A stretch of DNA of 64,000 nucleotides from NCBI GenBank assembly GCA_964270895.1, contig OZ185435.1, one strand, 5' to 3'. The notes beneath the pieces were generated by a model. The model saw only the letters and a program-made list of their open reading frames with translations, was not told the DNA's origin and did not search any database. The DNA is from Podarcis filfolensis. Its lineage: Eukaryota. Below are positions 55,739 to 64,000 of the stretch, one piece after another. The first letter of the stretch is position 1, and each line of letters opens with the position of its first letter. The translations under genes were made by a program, and so were the position numbers.

Positions 55739-55943
55739 ATAGCAGCCAACAGATGAGAGCTGGGGAGGGGGGGGGTCCACCATTAAGAGCTACCTTTGAG
55801 AGAGGACTCTGCACTTTCTCTGTTCTTGTTTTTGTTTAGATAGTTTTTTATCTTGCTGTATTATGAAAAAGCTTTAATAAAATCTTTATTACTATTGCTT
55901 TATTTTTGACCATAGGCTGTGATTAACACAGGAGTAAAAAAAG

Positions 55944-56184
55944 CTCCTGCCAACCTCCCAGTTCGAAAGCACGTCAAAGTGCAAGTAGATAAATAGGTAC
56001 CACTCCGGCAGGAAGGTAAACGGCGTTTCCATGCGCTGCTCTGGTTCGCCAGAAGCGGCTTAGTCATGCTGGCCACATGACCCGGAAGCTGTACGCCGGC
56101 TCCCTCGGCCAATAAAGCGAGATGAGCGCTGCAACCCCAGAGTCGGTCACGACTGGACCTAATGGTCAGGGGTCCCTTTACCTT
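55944..56184 (+). mobile_element. 5'-truncated Sauria SINE
   Basis: Nearly identical to the 3' two-thirds of 34451-34800. Confidence 0.9.
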
Positions 56185-56262
56185 AAAAAAAGACCAGGGA
56201 GGATAAAAGTGGCTGTTGGCATCTCTCCGGGAGCCTGCACATTCATGTAGGTCCCTGTACAC

Positions 56263-56989
56263 CAGGGATGGAAAACCTTTCTTTCAGCCCATGGGCCACA
56301 TTCTCTTCTGGGCAACTTCCCAGATGCTGGGTGTCAGAAGTGTCAGCTTGGCCCCGTGACCATGGGTACCATGCAGCGTGCATGGCCCTGGCAACAAAAT
56401 TTGTGGGTGCCCATCACCTTTATGGTAAGGTTACCAGATGTCCCCATTTCCTGAGGACAGTCCCCGGATTTACAAATCAGTCCCCTGACAAAATCCTTTT
56501 ATGTAATAGGAAGTTGAAAAGTGTCCCTAGATTCATTGGGAAAAAAATCTGGTAACCTTACTTTATGGGGAATTCGGTGGGACCGGGGAGTTGGCACCTA
56601 TGGCTGGGTGGGTCAGAGGGAAAAATGGGCAGAGGGATGAATCTATTTTGTATTGTTGTTATTATGTAAATTTTCACACGGCCCTTCGTCCGAGGATCAC
56701 GGGGCAGTTTATAATATAAAACCAGAAAAATGCACATAACTTTTATGCTAAGCTAGTTTCTACACGCACTCCCACACTTACATATCTGTCCTCCATTAGG
56801 ACCAGCAAGAGGCATTGCCAGGGTCCAAGGACAGATTCCAGCCAGGCAAAAACAAGGGTGCAAAGCAGAGCTAGTGAGGGGTGTGGCCTGGGGAAATGGG
56901 TGTGGCTGTGGAGGGGGTGTGGCCTAAGGGCCAAGTAGGGAGGCTTGGAGGGCTGCATTTAGCCCTGGGCCTGAGGCTACCCAACCCTG
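56263..56989. mobile_element. hAT-type non-autonomous element hosting a nested MITE
   Basis: CAGGGATGGAAAACCT..GGGCCACATT start and GGGCCTGAGGCTACCCAACCCTG end. Confidence 0.6.
56426..56560. mobile_element. hAT MITE nested in 56263-56989
   Basis: Perfect 13-bp TIR TAAGGTTACCAGA / TCTGGTAACCTTA and perfect 8-bp TSD CTTTATGG. Confidence 0.88.
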
Positions 56990-58320
56990 CAGTATGCCAT
57001 AGTTTGGCTTATTTTGATGTGCAAACCAAAGAACCCCCGGAAAAGAGAGTAGCAAGGGCTTTGAAGTTGCCCATCAACAGCTGACTCACAGGTCACCTGG
57101 TTCCAGTTTTCTGTTTAAATTATAGTAGCTATTTCCAAATCATGTAGCTTATGCACATTTTGTGTGTGTATGTGTGTAAATCCATTTTGTTTTGATGATA
57201 CATTTGCACTTTTTTTGGTGAGGCATAAGAAATTGAAATAAAAGAACAAAAGTTGCTACTGATATATAGTGGAAATGCTGGGCCTTCTCGTGTGCTTTTC
57301 AAGTCTTTAAAATTTGACTAGCACTAAATTACTGATTGAGCACCATCATTGTATATGTGGAATCCTTGGTTGAAGGCCCTGTCAGCAAAAGAACTGCAAG
57401 CCTTCTTCCTTTTAGAAGCTTAAGATAGTGGTGTCTGAAAGCTTTGGAAACCTCCGTTTTTGAAAATAGCTGCTGGTTTTCCAAAACCCTTTCACTTATG
57501 CTGTTTTTTCCATTTATTTCATTCTCTGCACTTCAATAGTTTTTCTCCATTCATGCTGACTCTTTAACAGCTGTGGACTTCACATCCCAAGTGTGGGGGC
57601 CTGCTTAGCCTGGTCTATATTTTACCTTCACCTACTTTTCTGGAAGCAGTAATTCTTTTTTGTTTTTCTTCTCTTTTTCTATGTTTCCTGAAAACGGACA
57701 TTAGAATTTAATTTATTTTCAGACCACTGTATCACATCAGTCTGAGCATGAACTGGCAGTAAACATTTCCAGCTGTAACAGGGGACTCATCTCCTTCCTT
57801 TGTTCCTCCTTTGCTCCCACTTTAGGAAGGTAGGCAAGCTGGTTGACTATAGAATAAATTAAGAGGAACAGCATACTAAAATATTTATTAATAAAAGTGA
57901 TTTGGGATCCAGTGTGTGGTGGCTTGGCTTTTTCTAGTGGGCCAATTGCAGAAAATAAACGTATGTGTTTTTAAAACTGTATGCTTCACTTTTTATTAAA
58001 TTTGTTATACAAATGTGTGTGTGTTCTTTTGACGGTACCAGCAATGAGGACTATTTTTTAAAAGGCGAGTAGGAGACATATCAGCTTTAGGTGAGGGGTA
58101 ATGGTTTTCTGGGTGTAAGTGTCCAGCTGTGTGAGGGGTGGTAATCTTTTGTGATACAGCGCCAGGCCAAAATTTGGCACCACCAAATGGATCTTCTCAA
58201 TTATGGATCTTCTCAATCTTGCTTCCCCATGGCTTGGTGCCTTGTGCAGGGAAACCCCCCAGAGCGCCCTAAATTCAGCGTTAGCTTTGTACAGTAAACT
58301 GGAGAGGGTCTAAACTGTTA

Positions 58321-58542
58321 CATACCCTTCAATATGCTTACCTTAAGATCTGGGACATGGCCCCTCTCCCATGTCATATCATGGAGCCTCAAAACATGTG
58401 TTTTGGGGCTCCGTCATATCACACAAGGTCATGATCCCACATGTTTTGGGGTTCTGTGATCGTGCGTTTTGGGGCTCCATGCTGAGAGCATGCTGCCCGA
58501 AACTGGGGTGCCCCACTTTTATTGGAGCAGTTGACAGGTATG
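58321..58542. mobile_element. hAT-type MITE
   Basis: CATACCCTTCAA / TTGACAGGTATG termini; internal GTTTTGGGG repeats. Confidence 0.6.
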
Positions 58543-59192
58543 CTATCACAACCGATGGCGGTCATTTTAAATTCTTTGTCATATGCCCCTACAACTGCTT
58601 TACAGTAGAGATTCCATGCCTTAATTATTTCAATAAGAGTGACAAAGATTAGTCCTTTTTTTAAAAAAAAAGTGTGCTTTTTATGAAGTTGTGTGTTGAT
58701 GCAGATCTGCCTTTTTGTCTACAATATGTAGAATGGCTTTTCATATTAAGCAACAATGACAGTAGGAGTTTGACGGTAGGCCTTTTGGTATGAAGACATT
58801 AGAGACATACTTTTTTCCTAGTACTGTACTTACTTAGTCGCGTGAACTGTTAAGCCTGGGTTGTTGTTTTTTAGATAAAGGCTTTTCATATTTTCCCCTA
58901 GTGGGGCAGTGGCGCTTGCAGGCCTGCCAAAAAAAAAAAAAAAAAGCATTGGTTTTGCAGCTAGAGTATGTGTTTTCTCATATTTTGCTTAAATGTGATT
59001 TTTCGAGCCATTTTGAGGCATGTGCTTTCTAGAAGGAGTGCAATGTGCCATGTACGCAGTTTGGGTTTGGAGGTGTTGGGGCAGGAAATCACTTGGGAGT
59101 GTGGAATGTTAAAAGCAAGTGGAAAATGAGGACTCCAAGGAATGAAAGCTGGACGGGTTTGCTGATGGTTCACAGTTGGGAGGTAGAGCGTG

Positions 59193-59559
59193 CTTTTGAA
59201 TTATGGTGCTGGAGGAGACTCTTGAGAGTCCCATGGACTGCAAGAAGATCAAACCTATCCATTCTTAAGGAAATCAGCACTGAGTGCTCACTGGAAGGAC
59301 AGATCGTGAAGCTGAGGCTCCAATACTTTGGCCACCTCATGAGAAGAGAAGACTCCCTGGAAAAGACCCTGATGTTGGGAAAGATGGAGGGCACAAGGAG
59401 AAGGGGACGACAGAGGACGAGATGGTTGGACAGTGTTCTCGAAGCTACCAACATGAGTTTGACCAAACTGCAGGAGGCAGTGGAAGACAGGAGTGCCTGG
59501 CGTGCTCTGGTCCATGGGGTCATGAAGAGTCGGACACGACTAAACAACGACAACAACAA
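59193..59559 (+). mobile_element. BovB (RTE) LINE, 5'-truncated young copy
   Basis: Encodes FELWCWRRLLRVPWTARRSN...RGRQRTRWLD; (CAA)n tail; perfect 8-bp TSD AGAGCGTG at 59185-59192 and 59560-59567. Confidence 0.92.
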
Positions 59560-59658
59560 AGAGCGTGGAAAGGGATTAGCTGTCTGGGAGTGGTTTTTGG
59601 AGTCGACTAATTCTAAGTGCTTTGATCCTTCAGCTTACCTCAAATTAGTTTTCGCATG

Positions 59659-60019
59659 TGTCAGGGAATCAGGAGCAGGAGCAATGGGGAGAGAGGAATT
59701 GGAGAGCGAAGGGGAAGAATCCGAGGGCAGCGTAGGGGAGTATGACAGTGGCCCGAGAGATTCCATGAGCTTCTCCAGCGAATCAGAAGATTCCCAAAAG
59801 GGGGCGCCTATGGTCAGGGCAAGGGGGGTCCCAGGGGGGACGCACCAGAAACAAGGAGCCAGAGGGGAACCCCAAAGCAGCAGTGGAGGATCGGGACCAG
59901 TTTCCCCACCAGAGCGTAGTGGGGGGGAAGAGTCACATGTGTCAGGGCCAGCGTCTCCTCCATTGGGGAGAGAGAGTGAGTTAGGGCTGACCACGCCTCC
60001 ATCGGAGAGTGGGGGAATG
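59659..60019 (+). mobile_element. Probable partial Gypsy-type LTR interrupted by the copia element
   Basis: Begins TGTCAGGG, purine/GC-rich and unlike the AT-rich flanks, ends abruptly at the copia LTR boundary. Family assignment is by resemblance only. Confidence 0.45.
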
Positions 60020-60350
60020 TGTTAGTTTAAAGCAGAGTCCCGTGCACAGCAGAAGGATGAGGAGTACGTGCTGCATACTCTATATTGCTTTATTTAAAGT
60101 TCAAAGCGATTATATTACAGAAAGACATCTTGCCTCTGCCGGAGCAGAGAAATGCATCCTCTCTCCTCGACAGCTCGGAGAGAATCACCAAAGTGAAACT
60201 GCAAAGAACAGTGAAAAACAGGAAACCAGTGTACGACACATCCAGTCTCCCTTTCCCGTGAGAAACTCCAACAGTACAGACTGTGGAATGTAAACACCTG
60301 TCTCGTGACAAACCCTTTCGCTGCACAGTGAAGGAAAGCAGAAACCAACA
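60020..60350 (-). mobile_element. Copia 3' LTR (331 bp)
   Basis: On the - strand begins TGTTGG and ends CTAACA (imperfect inverted repeat). Directly preceded by a PPT. TATAAT-like element at ~60109-60114 and AATAAA at 60089-60094. Confidence 0.85.
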
Positions 60351-60364
60351 TCCTCCCCCTTTCT
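60351..60364 (-). other. Polypurine tract of the copia element
   Basis: Minus-strand AGAAAGGGGGAGGA abutting TGTTGG, 33 nt after the pol stop codon. Confidence 0.85.
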
Positions 60365-60397
60365 GTGAACATCACTGGGCAGCGTGTTCGTACAATA

Positions 60398-63300
60398 TCA
60401 GTACAAACCCAACTTTTGCACATAGGTACAGTGTTGATCCCTGGATACAATCTTGGACAATACATCAGCAGGAATTTCATTACCTGGCATATAGGACACC
60501 GTTACGAGTCCCTTCTGAATACATTCCCTAGCATGCTGCAACTTTAATTGCAAGTGCTTTGTGCTTTGCTTACAACCTTCAGACTTCAGCAAAGCTAAAC
60601 ATGCTTTGTTGTCCTGGTAAACCCGGATTGGACATTTGACAGGAATTTTCATATCTTTGCACAATTGTATTAACCATTCACAATCCTTAAGTGAATAAGA
60701 CAGTGCATTCAGTTCGGCTTCACAAGAACTTAAGCTAACTGTTGTTTGCTTCTTGCATGACCAATCAAACAGACCCTGATTGTACATGTAGCAAACTCCA
60801 GACGTACTTTTCTTGTCTGTAGTGTCACTTCCAAAACTTGCATCTGCAAATATCTCAAGACCACCAGACTTTCGATTGTTAAATCTCAGTCTGTAATGCA
60901 TAGTGCCTTTCAAATACCGCGCTATGCGTTTCAGAGCTTTCCAATCCTTGATACTAGGATTGTTGACTTGTCTGCTCAGCAAATTACAGCTAACAGCAAT
61001 GTCTGGTCTTGAACATCTGGCAATGAAGTTTAGCTTGCCTAGCACACTTCTGTACAATGTAGTGTCAGAAAATGCTTCTTCAGTGTCATCTATCTGATAA
61101 CCTGTTGTCATCGGTGTGTCTACAGGGTTAGCATCCATCAGATTTAGTTTGCTTAACACATCAGCAATTTTCCGTGACTGGTGTACTAGAATGATACCAT
61201 CTTGATCTCTCTCTATTTCCAGAGATAGGTAGTTGTTTACCTCACCAAGATCTTTCATGTCAAAGTGCTCTTTCAGTTGAGCTAGGGCGTTATTGTACAT
61301 TGCGACATCTTTCCAAAAGAATAATAAATCATCAACATAAAACAAACAGTACAGTTTCTTCTGCCCCTCCTCTTTGACAAATACACATGGATCAGCTTTC
61401 CCTTGCTGAAAACCTAGAGAAAACAATACTTCAGTGAGTTTTGTGTGCCAACACCGTGTACTTTGTTTGAGACCATAAAGGGATTTCTTCAGAGCACAAA
61501 CAAATCCCTGTTTTACCTGTACGCCATCAGGTGGAAGCATATAAAGTGATTCATCTAGAGATCCATACAGAAAAGCTGTATTAATATCATGGTGACTAAT
61601 GTGTAGATTTTCCTCTGCAGCTAGCTTGAGCATAAGCCTTATGCTCTCATACCTCACTGTGGGTGAGTAGGTCTCGTGATAGTCTTCACCTGGTACCTGT
61701 GCAAAACCTCTGGCTACCAATCTGGCTTTGTGTCTGACTATCTTGCCATTTTGATCTGTCTTCGCTTTGAAGACCCATTTGCTTCCAAGCAGTTTCATTC
61801 CTGGAACTACTGGAACTAGCTCCCATGTTTTGTTCCTTTCTAAGGAATCAAGTTCAGCTTTCATGGCATTTAACCATGGCTCAGCTTCCTTTGAATCCAA
61901 ACCCTGGATTTCTTGGAAACTAGAAGGTTCAAATACCTTCTTGGAGCTTTTAACAGCTGTTACTGCTACCGTAGCAAATTCATCAGCAAATCTCTTTGGA
62001 GGTCTGCCTTTTGTGGCTCTCTGTGACCTACGAATTAGCCTTAAGTCTTCAACACTCTCCTCTTCCTTCTTAGGAGAAAAACGACCTATTGTGAACAATG
62101 GTTCCTCCAATTCTTGATCAGAGCTTTCAGAGGGTCGCATAGAGGCTTTCGCACTCTTGAAATCCTCTGAATCACCCGATTCAGTTTCAGATTCAGACTC
62201 AGAACCTTCATCAGTGGGTGTGGGTTGTTGTGGCTGCTTTTGACTTTCCTCAGTCTCATCACCGTCATCAGGATAACATTGGAAAATTCCCACATTCTCC
62301 CCCCACTTTGCATTGTACTCAACACTTCTCGTGAGCTTAATTGCCTTAGAGTCAGTCATCATTATTCTGTAAGACCCTTTCTGATAACCTAGAAAGATAC
62401 CATGCAATCCACGCTTGTCTAACTTGGAATTTTGTGGTGAATGAACCCACATGTCAGAACCAAAAATTTTCATGTGTTTAATGTATGGCTTCTTGCCAAA
62501 CATCTTCTTATAGGGGGTACAACCAATCGCTGAAGATAACCTGCGATTGTAACTGTAAACAAAACACGAGAGAGATTCGGCCCAATAACTCTCTGGAAGA
62601 TTGGCATCATGCAGCAAGGTTTTTAACCCTTGAAGCAATGTCTGATTTGCCCTTTCCGCAAGTCCATTCTGCCATGGCGAGCGAGGACTAGACAAATCGT
62701 GTTGAATTCCTTTCTCAGTCAGAAAAGCTTCAAACTGCTGAGAAGTGAATTCTCCCCCGCGATCACTGAAAAGAGTCTTTATCTTCTTACCATGCACATT
62801 TTCCAACCAAGCACAGAATTCCTTGAACCTAGGAAAAGCCTCTGATTTCTGCTTGAGATTGTACACAAAAATATATCTGGAAAATGCATCAATGAGAACC
62901 ATGAAGTACCTATTGCCACCCAAAGAGGGCGCTAGTGGTCCAACCAAATCTGCATGAACAATCTGGTATGGTTCCGTAGCTTGCCTACTAGACACCTTAC
63001 CTTTCGCAGCCATTTTTACCTTGTTTGCTGCGCATGCTTTGCACTTCATGTGGTACCTGCAGGGTTTAATAGTCATACCTTCAACCAAGGCAGGCATTTT
63101 AGATACTGCCTCAAAATGCAAATGACCAAATTTTCTATGAAAATCATGAATACATTCTGCATGCAAACTTTTGTTAGAACCTGCAATGCAACAAGTGTCA
63201 TCCTGCACAACATCATCATAATACAAAACAAACAAACGATCAACATATTCAGCATGCAATACATAATCATTTTTCTTTGTGATGATGCACTTCCTGTTCT

Positions 63301-64000
63301 TGAAGGAAACGTCAATGTTCCGCTCATTCAGCTGTCCAACGCTGAGCAGATTATGTTTGGCATCTGGCACGTAAAGCACATTCTGTATCGATAAGTCCAA
63401 ACTGTGAAGAACAACAGTTCCGTAGCCTTTACTGGGAATTGTGTGGTCATCCGCCTGGTGAATCGCACCTTCCTGCGGTGTAAAAGACACAAACAGTCTC
63501 TTATCGTTGCACATGTGGTGGGTCGCCGCTGAATCAACAACGAAGAAAGATCTAGACGTCTTCTGGACCTCTGCAACCTTTGGAGTGAAGCGTGAAACCA
63601 TAGCCTTGTGCTGCGTTGTCCTTGACACCGGACCTTTGCCTTTGCCTCGGCCTTTTCCGCGCGATGAGCTTTCGCTGCGCTGCTCTGTCTTGGCCCTGGG
63701 ATATCTGCATTCCCTCTTCATATGGCCTAGACGTCCACACGAGTAGCATTTCACTGCCTTCAAAGCTTTGGCGCCATCTGGTGGTTCCACTGCACTATGG
63801 GACGACGTCTGTGAAGACTCCCCCTTGCCCATGCAGCTAGCACCCCGGCGATCTGCTTCATTTAAAATCACGGCAGTAACATAATCCACTGTTAGCTGAG
63901 CTGTTGGTTGCACAGCAATCTGGGTTGCAACAGACTCCCAACCTGAACCCAAAGATTGTAGTATCATGAAAGAATACACAGCCTCTGGAAAGTTGAGTCC
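60398..64000 (-). CDS. Ty1/copia gag-pol polyprotein, 5'-incomplete (runs off window)
   Basis: Stop-free for 1200 codons from the window edge (GLNFPEAVYSF...) to TGA at 60398. Zn knuckle CYSCGRLGHMKREC (63707-63748), protease VDSAATHHM, integrase HH-CC and D,D35E (HADLVGP, SDRGGEF, NGLAERAN), RT (LKKSLYGLKQS, YVDDLL), RNase H (ADASFG, SCEAE, QDNKA, ADVLSK). PR-IN-RT-RH order is diagnostic of copia. Confidence 0.96.
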   Translation of the reverse strand, partial: GLNFPEAVYSFMILQSLGSGWESVATQIAVQPTAQLTVDYVTAVILNEADRRGASCMGKGESSQTSSHSAVEPPDGAKALKAVKCYSCGRLGHMKRECRYPRAKTEQRSESSSRGKGRGKGKGPVSRTTQHKAMVSRFTPKVAEVQKTSRSFFVVDSAATHHMCNDKRLFVSFTPQEGAIHQADDHTIPSKGYGTVVLHSLDLSIQNVLYVPDAKHNLLSVGQLNERNIDVSFKNRKCIITKKNDYVLHAEYVDRLFVLYYDDVVQDDTCCIAGSNKSLHAECIHDFHRKFGHLHFEAVSKMPALVEGMTIKPCRYHMKCKACAANKVKMAAKGKVSSRQATEPYQIVHADLVGPLAPSLGGNRYFMVLIDAFSRYIFVYNLKQKSEAFPRFKEFCAWLENVHGKKIKTLFSDRGGEFTSQQFEAFLTEKGIQHDLSSPRSPWQNGLAERANQTLLQGLKTLLHDANLPESYWAESLSCFVYSYNRRLSSAIGCTPYKKMFGKKPYIKHMKIFGSDMWVHSPQNSKLDKRGLHGIFLGYQKGSYRIMMTDSKAIKLTRSVEYNAKWGENVGIFQCYPDDGDETEESQKQPQQPTPTDEGSESESETESGDSEDFKSAKASMRPSESSDQELEEPLFTIGRFSPKKEEESVEDLRLIRRSQRATKGRPPKRFADEFATVAVTAVKSSKKVFEPSSFQEIQGLDSKEAEPWLNAMKAELDSLERNKTWELVPVVPGMKLLGSKWVFKAKTDQNGKIVRHKARLVARGFAQVPGEDYHETYSPTVRYESIRLMLKLAAEENLHISHHDINTAFLYGSLDESLYMLPPDGVQVKQGFVCALKKSLYGLKQSTRCWHTKLTEVLFSLGFQQGKADPCVFVKEEGQKKLYCLFYVDDLLFFWKDVAMYNNALAQLKEHFDMKDLGEVNNYLSLEIERDQDGIILVHQSRKIADVLSKLNLMDANPVDTPMTTGYQIDDTEEAFSDTTLYRSVLGKLNFIARCSRPDIAVSCNLLSRQVNNPSIKDWKALKRIARYLKGTMHYRLRFNNRKSGGLEIFADASFGSDTTDKKSTSGVCYMYNQGLFDWSCKKQTTVSLSSCEAELNALSYSLKDCEWLIQLCKDMKIPVKCPIRVYQDNKACLALLKSEGCKQSTKHLQLKLQHARECIQKGLVTVSYMPGNEIPADVLSKIVSRDQHCTYVQKLGLY

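Noticed and set aside
49313-59000. Downstream neighbours TTC30/IFT70 or PDE11A
   Set aside because: No exon or ORF resembling them was found; they probably lie beyond the window.
60005-60025. GAGAGTGGGGGAA-TG read as PPT and LTR start of a + strand element
   Set aside because: The TGTTAG at 60020 pairs with the TGTTGG end at 60350, which has its own PPT and an adjoining ORF on the - strand. The purine run is typical of the G-rich upstream segment. Not fully excluded.

Overview
Eukaryotic DNA from a squamate reptile, most likely a lacertid lizard (inferred from Sauria/Squam1 SINEs, a Squam3 SINE, BovB and CR1/L2 copies). The window contains the complete 20-exon AGPS gene (peroxisomal alkyl-dihydroxyacetonephosphate synthase) on the + strand: ATG 2709, stop 49312, all introns GT-AG, 1908-nt CDS = 635 aa. 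It has a PTS2 signal (RLRILSGHL) and a CpG-island promoter. Introns are dense in LINE fragments (CR1, L2, RTE, BovB), SINEs, Tc1/mariner-type and hAT-type MITEs and a hAT-Charlie transposase remnant. About 11 kb downstream of the stop codon, the last 4 kb hold an apparently intact Ty1/copia LTR retrotransposon on the - strand: at least 1200 uninterrupted gag-pol codons running off the window edge, a PPT and a 331-bp 3' LTR. It seems to be inserted into an older LTR-like segment next to a young BovB copy. The best second-look items are the intact copia element and an inverted MITE pair tightly flanking the frame-symmetric exons 6-10 (possible stop-free 468-nt circRNA). Divergent AGPS residues and several unclassified repeats also merit checking. 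No prokaryotic features (CRISPR, operons, rRNA) are present, and most ORF-track entries are spurious. Comparisons to human AGPS and repeat-family names come from recall and were not verified by search.
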